Below are positions 44,101 to 51,703 of a stretch of DNA of 64,000 nucleotides, piece by piece. Position 1 is the stretch's first letter, and the number at the start of each line of letters is the position of its first letter. The position numbers and the translations under genes are program-made. This stretch comes from Candidatus Margulisiibacteriota bacterium (lineage in GTDB: Bacteria > Margulisbacteria > Termititenacia > CAZZFK01). The stretch lies in assembly GCA_042562495.1 (NCBI GenBank), contig JBHPMC010000003.1, positions 20,752 through 84,751 on the forward strand, read 5' to 3'. The notes beneath the pieces are model-generated. The model did not search any database and was not told where the DNA came from. It saw only the letters and a program-made list of their open reading frames with translations.

Positions 44101-44505
44101 TCCGCGACAAAAGCAGCACCGGTTAAAACTCCAGAAAAAGAGGTCAGCATTAAAACAACACCAGCTGAACCGGAAGTTTCTATTGAAGTTTTAGCTGCTG
44201 AGAAATTATTACAGAAGCCGAGCAGGTCTAAGCTCAACTATGTACCGGATATTATATTAGGACCCGATAATTTAAGGGCAGGTGGGATCTTATATATTAA
44301 GACCAGTATGAACACTTCGGATGGTATAGACAAGATGACAGCAACATTTGCAGATGGAAATACTCCGCTTAAGAACGTCGGCGGTGAATGGCGCGGTCAG
44401 TACAAGTTGGCCAAAGGTACCAAGGGGCTGTCCAAAATGAAATTATATATTAAAGATACGGATGGTAAGGTCTGGGCTTTTGAAAAATTGTTCCAGGTCA
44501 ACTAA
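41182..44505 (+). CDS. FadL/PorV-like OM beta-barrel fused to degenerate SLH-like repeats, four Ig-like W-x-G modules and a Pro/Ala/Val/Lys-rich linker (barrel 4)
   Basis: TTG start 5 nt after a GGGGGG run. Signal peptide MYKKLLVLLLILLATSASA. Hatch motif TSAKTLGMGRAFVAVADDVNAVFYNPAGL. The barrel ends with THFLSLSF (~42205) followed by DEEEEEV. SLH-like repeats: KLTRRQMADWIARGKG and FTEMDLLALKGYMDESADGMFNPDELMTRGKFALALAYL. Confidence 0.7.
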   Translation: MYKKLLVLLLILLATSASAADERILADDTGYLGTSAKTLGMGRAFVAVADDVNAVFYNPAGLGQVDRFQLMTMSETSLLMGEMQYSTAALAIPIGLGTLGFGVISKRFDGIPLLSADEVDGNGRPDASLVDYGNYEDNTTLIAYGLDLGTVSQFKFFRNLSLGFTIKMYSKIGRGENDLLDDAIAQGYDLDLGLRSNLTEDFSLGFNLRNAMTYRDRYGAGALRWQTGERESIMGIYTFGGAFKMYEDQLILAADVDVFERNAKPSLGHFGLQWAVGEHMFIRTGWDQLPLPATNKSAERVANIMPAGIGLEYLGFAIDYAYYPAHNIEGTATHFLSLSFLGLPDTKTDEEEEEVTPSVPTLVSFDKLPKQMIVYKESLIIEGKAQGYEKMTIGGQEIDIKEESFSTKVPLKIGVNEIVISAKDREIKRKVLRLPTVSEGKEQALVNNLEYILIQPNFASFYKPHDKLTRRQMADWIARGKGMKMPEELKGIFTEMDLLALKGYMDESADGMFNPDELMTRGKFALALAYLEGRQDAFIGIPIENRQDYAVELLESTGQFKSTDFLPMDEVINLHDASKLMGRTSMIDLKIKNLTSGFVVPRAILTPQVLIPGEMLKVQVLVPMDVAVKKLGVRVEKNKRIRIKKISDRLFEGEWKIPAGRKAGYYPLVVLIEDVFGNKVTVKDYYEIRKTTTSEPAAVSRGVARAGVLINVGPRPLLPGKKMNIKVGLTGGQTADKVILELKNGKQLELQVNDSGLWEGTHAWSRREAHGSQLGKFYIHRYAKEPVIKEYVFTLGRGPQTLSAAVVVPEVSAKAEAPKPALLSSISGIHVLTKIKAQYVEAQTYIYAASGFTEGAEKIQSVTVVLPTNKQVALKKSSTNLWQGEVILPAKLKDLQEAKFFIKDISGRTMVQDKAFVIQQGGSQQKITLTIPVSAPAVQPLAKVKVPIVPVVPVIKPAVKAAPVKAASVPVVKSATKAAPVKTPEKEVSIKTTPAEPEVSIEVLAAEKLLQKPSRSKLNYVPDIILGPDNLRAGGILYIKTSMNTSDGIDKMTATFADGNTPLKNVGGEWRGQYKLAKGTKGLSKMKLYIKDTDGKVWAFEKLFQVN

Positions 44506-44518
44506 AGCTGACCACCCC

Positions 44519-44546
44519 GACCCCCTCCAAGTGAGGGGAGGGCGTC
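44519..44546 (+). repeat. GC-rich inverted repeat/hairpin just after the barrel-4 stop (possible terminator, no U-tract)
   Basis: GACCCCCTCC-AAGTGAGG-GGAGGGCGTC gives a 10-bp stem with one mismatch. It is followed by ACTTAATAG rather than a T run. Confidence 0.35.
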
Positions 44547-44565
44547 ACTTAATAGAGAGGTTTAT

Positions 44566-45039
44566 ATGAAAGTCGGGATAATAGGCGAGAGCAACGCCAC
44601 TCCAAATAATTATAAGAATGCAGAAAAAGTAGGAGAACTGCTAGCCGAGCAGAAATGTTCGATCATCTGTGGCGGTATGTCAGGAGTAATGGAAGCGGCC
44701 TGTAAAGGTGCTAAGAGTAAAAATGGCCGGACCATTGGTATTTTACCGGGATTGGATGCTAAGCAAGCAAATAAATATGTAGATCTGCCGATCGTTACCG
44801 GTATCGGTCATGCACGTAACATGCTGGTCGTTCGGAATTCGGATGCGATCATAGCGATAGGCGGCTGGCACGGCACTTTGACCGAAATAGGTTTTGCTCT
44901 TGATGCAGAAATACCGGTCATTGGTCTAAACACCTGGTCCATAGAAAAAAAGGATCATGTTCCGGAAAAGCCGGGGATCATCTATGCCAAGACACCAGAG
45001 GAAGCAGTCGAGCTAGCTATAAAAAAGGGAGAGCAGTAA
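44566..45039 (+). CDS. TIGR00725/LOG-like (SLOG superfamily) Rossmann-fold protein
   Basis: IICGGMSGVMEAACKGAK...GRTIGILPG...PIVTGIGHARNMLVVRNSDAIIAIGGWHGTLTEIGFAL. Confidence 0.7.
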   Translation: MKVGIIGESNATPNNYKNAEKVGELLAEQKCSIICGGMSGVMEAACKGAKSKNGRTIGILPGLDAKQANKYVDLPIVTGIGHARNMLVVRNSDAIIAIGGWHGTLTEIGFALDAEIPVIGLNTWSIEKKDHVPEKPGIIYAKTPEEAVELAIKKGEQ

Positions 45040-46139
45040 TGGTCAAGAAGGATCGCCTGGTGGATCTTTTTTTAGAGCTCGTAAAGATCGATAGTGTATC
45101 TAAGGAAGAGCAGAAGGTTGCCGAGCGGCTGATAAAAGAGCTGAAATTGCTTGGCTTGGCTGTGAAACAAGATAGTAAGGGTAATATTATTGCCCAGCTC
45201 AAAGGGAATTTACTTAGCGGCAAGACCATTTTGTTCAATGCCCATATGGATACAGTATCTCCGGGTAAGAACGTTAATCCGGTAATAAAAGACGGTAAGA
45301 TCATGAGTGATGGCAAAACCGTATTAGGTGCGGATGATAAAGCAGGTATTGCGATCATCATAGAAATGTTACGTATATTGAAAGAACAGCAGCTGCTTCA
45401 CGGCGATATAAAAGTTATCTTTACTGTGGAAGAAGAGATCGGCTTAAAAGGTGCCAAGGAATTGAATAAAAAAGATGTTACAGCCGATTATTGTTTTGTC
45501 TTAGATGCCGACGGAGAGGTCGGCACTATCGTTAACCGCAGCCCGTTCCAGGAGAGCATCAATGTTATTATCAAAGGCAAGCCGGCCCATGCCGGGATCT
45601 GTCCGCAAAAAGGGATCAGCGCGATCAAGATCGCTGCTAAAGCGATCAGCCAGATGAAGTTGGGCAGAATAGATATGGAGACCACAGCGAATATCGGTGT
45701 GATCAAAGGCGGTGTGGCGACGAATATCATTCCGGAAGAAGTTGTTATAGAAGGCGAGGCGAGGAGCCACTCTGTAACAAAATTAAAAAAACAAGCGGAT
45801 CACATGATCGCCAAATTCAATAAAGCGGCTCAGGAAGCAAAGGGTGCGGTCGATATCAAGATCGAAAGAGCTTACGATAGTGTTTCGATCCCGATCAGCT
45901 CACCGATCATCAAGCTGACCAAAAAAGTGGCCGATAAGCTGGGTTTTAAACACAAGGTAGTTTCTTCGGGGGGCGGCAGTGATGCCAGCGTGATCCATTC
46001 TTGTGGTATACCAACGATCGCGATCGGTATAGGGATGGAAAATGTCCATTCTAAAAATGAATATATCAAGATAAAGAACCTGCACGAGACGGCAAAATAT
46101 GTACTGGGAGTGATCCGCGAAACGAATAATAATTGGTAA
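45039..46139 (+). CDS. M20-family metallopeptidase (peptidase T-like tripeptidase)
   Basis: NAHMDTV, GADDKAGIA and FTVEEEIGLKGA metal-ligand motifs. TAATG overlap with the upstream gene. Confidence 0.75.
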   Translation: MVKKDRLVDLFLELVKIDSVSKEEQKVAERLIKELKLLGLAVKQDSKGNIIAQLKGNLLSGKTILFNAHMDTVSPGKNVNPVIKDGKIMSDGKTVLGADDKAGIAIIIEMLRILKEQQLLHGDIKVIFTVEEEIGLKGAKELNKKDVTADYCFVLDADGEVGTIVNRSPFQESINVIIKGKPAHAGICPQKGISAIKIAAKAISQMKLGRIDMETTANIGVIKGGVATNIIPEEVVIEGEARSHSVTKLKKQADHMIAKFNKAAQEAKGAVDIKIERAYDSVSIPISSPIIKLTKKVADKLGFKHKVVSSGGGSDASVIHSCGIPTIAIGIGMENVHSKNEYIKIKNLHETAKYVLGVIRETNNNW

Positions 46140-46143
46140 TTCA

Positions 46144-46680
46144 ATGGACCTGCGTGAAAAACTCATAAAATCCGAACCTGCTTATAAAGGCAAGGTCATA
46201 GATCTAAAATTAGATACAGTTGAGCTGCCCAGCGGCAAAGCATCTTTACGTGAATGTGTTATCCATGAACCCACTGTCGCGGTCCTGCCGATCAAAGATA
46301 ACGGGAAAATAATACTTATCAAACAATATCGTCATTGTACCGAAAAAGAATTGTTGGAGATCCCGGCCGGTTCTATTGATAAAGGAGAATCTGTCGAAGA
46401 TACTGTGCAAAGAGAATTGGCCGAAGAGATCGGTTATGAAGCAGACAAGCTGGAGAAAATATGCGAAGCGTTCACTACTCCGGGATTCACCAATGAATAT
46501 ATGTATTTCTATGTTGCTAAAGAATTGAAAGAGAAAAAGAAAAAAGGAGATGAGGATGAATTCATCGAGGTCTTGGAATATACTATAGCTGAAGTGCAGA
46601 AAATGATCGAAAAAAAAGAGATCATAGATGCCAAGACGATCTTGGCCATTAATTACTATCTGCTGAATAAGGATAAATGA
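46144..46680 (+). CDS. NUDIX hydrolase (ADP-ribose pyrophosphatase-like)
   Basis: Nudix box GSIDKGESVEDTVQRELAEEIGY. Confidence 0.8.
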   Translation: MDLREKLIKSEPAYKGKVIDLKLDTVELPSGKASLRECVIHEPTVAVLPIKDNGKIILIKQYRHCTEKELLEIPAGSIDKGESVEDTVQRELAEEIGYEADKLEKICEAFTTPGFTNEYMYFYVAKELKEKKKKGDEDEFIEVLEYTIAEVQKMIEKKEIIDAKTILAINYYLLNKDK

Positions 46681-47564
46681 GCGATTTTTTAAAGCTGTTC
46701 CAGAATTATTTAAAATATGAACGGGGTTATTCTGAAAATACTCAGGAAGCCTATACGCGGGATATCCTGCAATTCGAGGATTTCTTAAAGGGCAACGGAG
46801 TAAATATCAAGAAACTAACCAGGAATGTCCTTAGTCTTTATATTTCCCAATTGCATCGCAACGAATTAAAGGCTTCCTCATCAGCCAGAAAGCTGGCGGC
46901 GATCAAAGCCTATTGTCATTTTTTATTCAGGGAGAGCTTGATCAAGGCCGATCCGACCACAGATATTGATCTGCCCAAACTGGGTAAGTATTTACCTAAA
47001 GCCATAACGATCTCTGATGTAAATCAGCTTTTAGCTAAGACCGAAGCAAAAGATGATCCGCTTTTGATCCGGGATAAAGCGATCATTGAAGTTCTATATT
47101 CTACGGGGATGAGGATCTCGGAATTATCCGGTTTGAAAGAGATCGATGTGGATTTTGATCTTAAATATGCCAAGGTCTCAGGCAAAGGCGGTAAAGAGAG
47201 GTTGGTCCCCTTAGGTGATCCGGCATGCAAGGCGATCAAGCTCTATCAAAAAGAGGCCAGACCGCTTTGGTTAAAAGGAAAAAAGATCGAGCAGCTGTTT
47301 ATCAATCGACGAGGAAATAAATTTACCAGGCAGGGCCTTTGGAATGTGATCAAAAGAGCACTAAGGAGGGCGGGGATCTTAAAAGAAGTATCACCGCATA
47401 CCTTACGCCATTCTTTTGCAACACATCTTCTAGAAAATGGGGCAGATCTGCGGGCAGTACAGGAAATGCTGGGCCATGCTAATATTTCTACGACACAAAT
47501 TTATACGAGTGTAAGTAAAGAACGTTTAAAGAAAGTTTATTCAAGTGCACATCCGAGGGCGTAA
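46677..47564 (+). CDS. XerC/XerD-family tyrosine recombinase
   Basis: The N-terminal YLKYERGYSENTQEAYTRDI and C-terminal HTLRHSFATHLLENGADLRAVQEMLGHANISTTQIYT motifs carry the catalytic R..H.R..Y pattern. ATGA overlap with the Nudix gene. Confidence 0.85.
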   Translation: MSDFLKLFQNYLKYERGYSENTQEAYTRDILQFEDFLKGNGVNIKKLTRNVLSLYISQLHRNELKASSSARKLAAIKAYCHFLFRESLIKADPTTDIDLPKLGKYLPKAITISDVNQLLAKTEAKDDPLLIRDKAIIEVLYSTGMRISELSGLKEIDVDFDLKYAKVSGKGGKERLVPLGDPACKAIKLYQKEARPLWLKGKKIEQLFINRRGNKFTRQGLWNVIKRALRRAGILKEVSPHTLRHSFATHLLENGADLRAVQEMLGHANISTTQIYTSVSKERLKKVYSSAHPRA

Positions 47565-47660
47565 CCCACACCCCTAGCCCCTATTGGCTGGCAGGTTGAA
47601 ATTGCTCAGCCTCTCCAGGGAGCGGCTATTTTACTTAGGAGAGGGGAAGTTAGGAAAAAT

Positions 47661-48272
47661 ATGATCATAGGTTTAGCAGTATTATTATTTTCTATTATCG
47701 CCCACGAATTGGCCCATGGTTATATGGCTTATTATTTGGGTGATCCGACGGCAAAAATGCAGGGTAGATTATCCTGGAATCCTCTTGTGCATATCGATCC
47801 CTTTGGCTCGATCCTGCTGCCGGCGATGCTTGTCCTTACCGGTTCACCTGTATTGTTCGGCTGGGCGAAACCTGTGCCGGTAAATCCTAATAATCTAGAA
47901 AATCCGCGACAGGGTATGATGTATGTTGGTGCTGCTGGGCCAATGGCTAATTTTGTCTTGGCAGGAAGTGCATCGATACTATTGCATATAGTTCCGGGAG
48001 TTCATGCCACTGTTTTTGGCGTGATCCTGCAATTGCTTGTCATTTACAACATTATTTTGCCTGTTTTTAATCTTATTCCGATACCGCCGCTGGATGGCTC
48101 CAGGGTCGTTTCCGGGCTATTACCTTATAAATATGCCAGGCAATACGATAAATTAGAGCCTTACGGTATCGCTATAGTATTTGCGCTGTTATATTTTGGA
48201 TTATTGGGCAGGATCATCAATATGATCTGGCCTTTAATATATTTTCTGCTTGGATCAACCACTCCTTTTTAA
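47661..48272 (+). CDS. Site-2 protease family (M50) membrane metalloprotease
   Basis: HELAHG zinc motif in the first TM helix. Multi-pass hydrophobic profile with a late PPLDGS motif. Confidence 0.8.
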   Translation: MIIGLAVLLFSIIAHELAHGYMAYYLGDPTAKMQGRLSWNPLVHIDPFGSILLPAMLVLTGSPVLFGWAKPVPVNPNNLENPRQGMMYVGAAGPMANFVLAGSASILLHIVPGVHATVFGVILQLLVIYNIILPVFNLIPIPPLDGSRVVSGLLPYKYARQYDKLEPYGIAIVFALLYFGLLGRIINMIWPLIYFLLGSTTPF

Positions 48273-48352
48273 GGAAGAGCCAGATTTCCCTTATAGCTGC
48301 AACAAAAATACCAAAATTACGATATCTATATAGAGAACTGAAAGGTGTAAAA

Positions 48353-49204
48353 ATGAGCGAATTACGTCCAATTCACATAGATGTAGGTGATAATGTCGGT
48401 CAGGACATAAGGATAAATCTAGATAAACCTGCTGAAAAATCTGTAGAAGTAAAATTCATTGAAGATGCTCTAATTAATCTTAGGAATGAACAAGATCCTC
48501 AACAAAGAATTAGTTATCTTGAAAACGTAAGTGATAAATACCAAGCAATATTGGAAGAGATACGGGTAGCAAAGTTGGCAAAAAAGAATCTTACAGAATT
48601 AATAAGTAAAAAAGAGGCTGCGAGAAAGCTGATCAAAGAACATTTTAAGTTGGAGATTAAAAACCAGGGTATTGATACAGAGAGTTTTTCAGGGCTGGAG
48701 AAATATTATAATGAACATGTCTCTGATCAGGAATTCTTTTGCTCGATATATCTTTATACCCAGAGTAATTTTGATGTTTCAAATCAAAATAAGATCATAA
48801 AATCGCCCAAGGATGTTTTTAATTCCAAGCAGGGGGAATGTGATGATATTTCTTATTTTGTGGATCATTTTGCCACCCTGCGAGGTATAACTGATGGCCA
48901 GATCATCTTTCAGGATTATTTTGAGACCGATAAAGATGGAGTGACCGGACATGTTGCTTATATGTATGATAATGGAGAGAAGATCACTGTGCTCGATCAA
49001 TATGAATATGTTTCCTTAGATAAAGATGATTATAAATTAAGGGATTACAGAGATATTATTTATAAATACTGTAAAAAGATCGAAAAGGCCAATCCGTGTA
49101 AGAAAAACTTAAGCAAGGCCGGGAATCTACCGGAGAAGATGCTGTATGATGGATTAAAGTTGACTGATTATGAATATAAGCGATCAAAGCACTTTCTTAA
49201 ATAA
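48353..49204 (+). CDS. Hypothetical protein, possible transglutaminase-like cysteine peptidase fold
   Basis: 283 aa with no signal peptide. A candidate Cys-His-Asp arrangement is QGECDDISYF ... TGHVAYMY ... VLDQYEY. This is a weak call made by eye only. Confidence 0.3.
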   Translation: MSELRPIHIDVGDNVGQDIRINLDKPAEKSVEVKFIEDALINLRNEQDPQQRISYLENVSDKYQAILEEIRVAKLAKKNLTELISKKEAARKLIKEHFKLEIKNQGIDTESFSGLEKYYNEHVSDQEFFCSIYLYTQSNFDVSNQNKIIKSPKDVFNSKQGECDDISYFVDHFATLRGITDGQIIFQDYFETDKDGVTGHVAYMYDNGEKITVLDQYEYVSLDKDDYKLRDYRDIIYKYCKKIEKANPCKKNLSKAGNLPEKMLYDGLKLTDYEYKRSKHFLK

Positions 49205-49223
49205 ATTCCATTCATACTGAACA

Positions 49224-51572
49224 TTACTCTTTAAAACTAATAAAATTCAGCATGCTCTTTTTGGTGTTTTCGGGGAGTACCTTGCCTCCAAGCATTCCCT
49301 TCGTAGCACGAACAGTAGCATCTTGTTCAAGGGCATCTGTGTACAGAGCTGCTAGCCTTGCATCTGCCCTGCTAATAACTTTGCTTTTTCCATTTATATT
49401 TGTAACTTTGTATCCTCCGTCAGGTAATCTTTCAATGGTTAGCATAGTTTTTCCATTAAGGCTTCTGGTAATTTTCTGGCCTGGCTTTAGATTGTCGATC
49501 GACTCGAGACCTCCTTTGATATAATCCATTTTCATACTGCTGATACCCATTTCGCTTAGCAGGTTAATAGCATCATTCTCGAATTTTTGTTCTTCGGTGG
49601 TTAGGGGCTTAAGTTCAGGAGTTTCTACTTTAACTTCTTCTTTTTTCGGCGAGATCTGTTTTACTGATACATCAATAATCGGCCCTTCTTTATCATTTAA
49701 ATTTGTTTTGCTCACGACATTTTCTTCCATTTTTATAAGCACATCTTTATATTCTCCCGGATTTTTTCCCGGGATTTGTGCATATAATTTGCTATCTCTT
49801 TGTACAACACGCGTATCTTGCCCAAATTTAACTTCATATTGGACTCCATCTTGGAAAAAATTAAGAGGGCTATCTTTTTTGACTTCCCAAACATCACCGT
49901 CTTTCATTTTTGTTTGATCTTTTATAGAATTATCTGCTCCCGCCACATCAGTTTCTTCTTCCACTTTTGTTAGGCCCATATCATTTCCTGTTTTCAGGTC
50001 TATCTTAGCGATATCATATTTCACTCCATCGATCTCTTTTCTGGTGGGATTATTGAGGGTCATAACACCTGTTTTTTCATCAATTACCACAACATCACCT
50101 TTTTTTAAGGCATATGTTTTTCCATGGATCTTTACATTTGAATCTTCCTTGATAGTAAGTTCTCTTTTGCCATCCACTAATTTGTCAGAGGTTAATTCAG
50201 GAAATTTAGTTATCTCACTTCTTATCGGTGTACTACCCGGAGCACTTGTTACGATCTCGACATAGGGGGAAGGTATCCTTTCGGCACTATGCCCGGCATT
50301 TTCAACTATCGAGTTATAATTTACTATATCAAAGCTAGAACTTGGCATGCCCGCTGTTTCTCTGCTATCTAATAATTCTCTTACGGCTTTTAATCCCTTG
50401 CCATCATCATTATTAGCGAAGTATTGTGTTATGTTGTTTAAAAGGTTAATATATTCGGCACCTTTATTATTATTCAAATATTCTATTAACGTATTAACCA
50501 TTTCTGGAGTGTATGGCATGTTCTCAGTTGTGATCCTCTCGCCGTTTTCGTGATAGTACTCTCCACTATTTTGAAGCATGCTTAAAATATCATGCTCTGA
50601 ATATTTATTTTGCTGATCTTTTGGCACTGCATCCTTTGGCACGGAAGCTTTTTCGGTCTGGGACTTCATTTCCTCTGCTTTTTGTTGAGCTATTTTATCC
50701 CCTTCACCCTTTAATCTTTCATCTTTCATCTTTTGGACTTCTTTTTCACCAGGCTTGGCCTCAGGTTTAGCTTCAGGTTTAGCCTCAGGCTTAGCTTCAG
50801 GCTTGGCCTCAGGTTTAGCTTCAGGTTTAGCTTCAGGTTTAGCTTCAGGCTTGGCCTCAGGTTTAGCCTCAGGCTTGGCCTCAGGTTTAGCCTCAGGCTT
50901 AGCTTCAGGTTTGGCCTCAGGCTTAGCTTCAGGTTTGGCCTCAGGCTTAGCATCAGGATTAGCCTCAGTTGTATCATCAGGATTAGCTTGTTGTTTTATT
51001 GGCTTTTGATCGTCAGGTGTTTTACCTACATCGTCTATTTTAATCGAGCTGATCCTGCTCAATACTTCATTGCGAGCTTCAGAATCTTTTGCCTCGGCAT
51101 ATTTGTTAAATTCTGCTTTTGTTTCTTGGAGATCTCCTTTTTTTATCGTTGCTGTATTTTTATAGCCTCCATCTTCGCTTTTAGTGATGAGTTGGCGATT
51201 GCCCTGAGCATCTCTTCCTGTTATGTCAATATAATTTTCGGGAGTTTCCAGCATTGATAAGCCTTTGCCATTTTCAGTGGATTTCATATCGGCTTCGAAT
51301 TTATCACCAAAGCCTTCTTTTGCTACATCAGCTTTTATTTCGTTCCATTTTTTTTCGCTCATAGTCGATGGGCTTTTAACACCATATTTGTTAAGCAGGT
51401 AATTTTGGCAATCTCTCCAGGTATATTTGCCGCCCCCGGGTTTTTCTACCGGTGGTTCAGCTTTATTTAAAGCATCACTCATATCGTGGGCTAAAGTATT
51501 TATATATTTTGCTTTAGTAGTATCCAAACCTCCTGAGATATCACCTTTATTTACATTAAATCCTACTGGCAT
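49224..51572 (-). CDS. Orphan Lys/Glu-rich protein (782 aa) with a central (KPEA)n repeat
   Basis: Start chosen at ATG 51572 (MPVGFNVNKGDISGG), preceded by AGGAGG. The track start at 51701 would overlap the divergent GNAT gene. No signal peptide and no domain that I recognise. Confidence 0.6.
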   Translation of the reverse strand: MPVGFNVNKGDISGGLDTTKAKYINTLAHDMSDALNKAEPPVEKPGGGKYTWRDCQNYLLNKYGVKSPSTMSEKKWNEIKADVAKEGFGDKFEADMKSTENGKGLSMLETPENYIDITGRDAQGNRQLITKSEDGGYKNTATIKKGDLQETKAEFNKYAEAKDSEARNEVLSRISSIKIDDVGKTPDDQKPIKQQANPDDTTEANPDAKPEAKPEAKPEAKPEAKPEAKPEAKPEAKPEAKPEAKPEAKPEAKPEAKPEAKPEAKPEAKPEAKPGEKEVQKMKDERLKGEGDKIAQQKAEEMKSQTEKASVPKDAVPKDQQNKYSEHDILSMLQNSGEYYHENGERITTENMPYTPEMVNTLIEYLNNNKGAEYINLLNNITQYFANNDDGKGLKAVRELLDSRETAGMPSSSFDIVNYNSIVENAGHSAERIPSPYVEIVTSAPGSTPIRSEITKFPELTSDKLVDGKRELTIKEDSNVKIHGKTYALKKGDVVVIDEKTGVMTLNNPTRKEIDGVKYDIAKIDLKTGNDMGLTKVEEETDVAGADNSIKDQTKMKDGDVWEVKKDSPLNFFQDGVQYEVKFGQDTRVVQRDSKLYAQIPGKNPGEYKDVLIKMEENVVSKTNLNDKEGPIIDVSVKQISPKKEEVKVETPELKPLTTEEQKFENDAINLLSEMGISSMKMDYIKGGLESIDNLKPGQKITRSLNGKTMLTIERLPDGGYKVTNINGKSKVISRADARLAALYTDALEQDATVRATKGMLGGKVLPENTKKSMLNFISFKE
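50751..50952 (-). repeat. ~17 tandem copies of a 12-nt unit encoding (AKPE/KPEA)n
   Basis: The plus strand reads aggcttggcctc / aggtttagcttc / aggtttagcctc and so on. The units differ only at synonymous positions, so the peptide repeat is perfect. Confidence 0.9.
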
Positions 51573-51703
51573 ATATATTCCTCCTTGTGTATATTTTTTA
51601 CTATATAACTTATCCCCATTATTACTGCAGAATATACATAGATAGTTTCTGTTATATTTTGGTTTGAGAAATTCAATAGATTCACTTAAGATTGATATCA
51701 ACT

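Noticed and set aside
10703-44505. Calling the locus a type IX secretion system.
   Set aside because: Only CTD-like tags and PorV/FadL-like barrels are visible. No PorK/L/M/N, SprA/Sov, PorU or PorZ-like genes occur in the window, so only a T9SS-like cargo/barrel logic can be claimed.
44519-44546. GC-rich hairpin considered as a canonical intrinsic terminator.
   Set aside because: No U-tract follows the stem. It is kept only as an inverted repeat and possible terminator at low confidence.
46677-47564. Tyrosine recombinase considered as the integrase of a mobile element, possibly delimiting the orphan-gene stretch at 48.3-51.6 kb.
   Set aside because: The sequence looks like housekeeping XerC/XerD. 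It is translationally coupled to core genes, and I found no flanking direct repeats, att-like duplications or other phage/ICE genes.
50751-50952. Regular short repeat array considered as a possible CRISPR.
   Set aside because: The unit is only 12 nt with no spacers, it is in frame within a long ORF, and no cas genes are nearby.
50726-51257. Three track ORFs over the 12-nt repeat (50755..51009 ASGL-repeat, 50733..51257 and 50726..50977).
   Set aside because: They are alternative-frame or antisense readings of the (KPEA)n repeat inside the 782-aa minus-strand gene. They have no independent start context, and repeat periodicity keeps every frame open.
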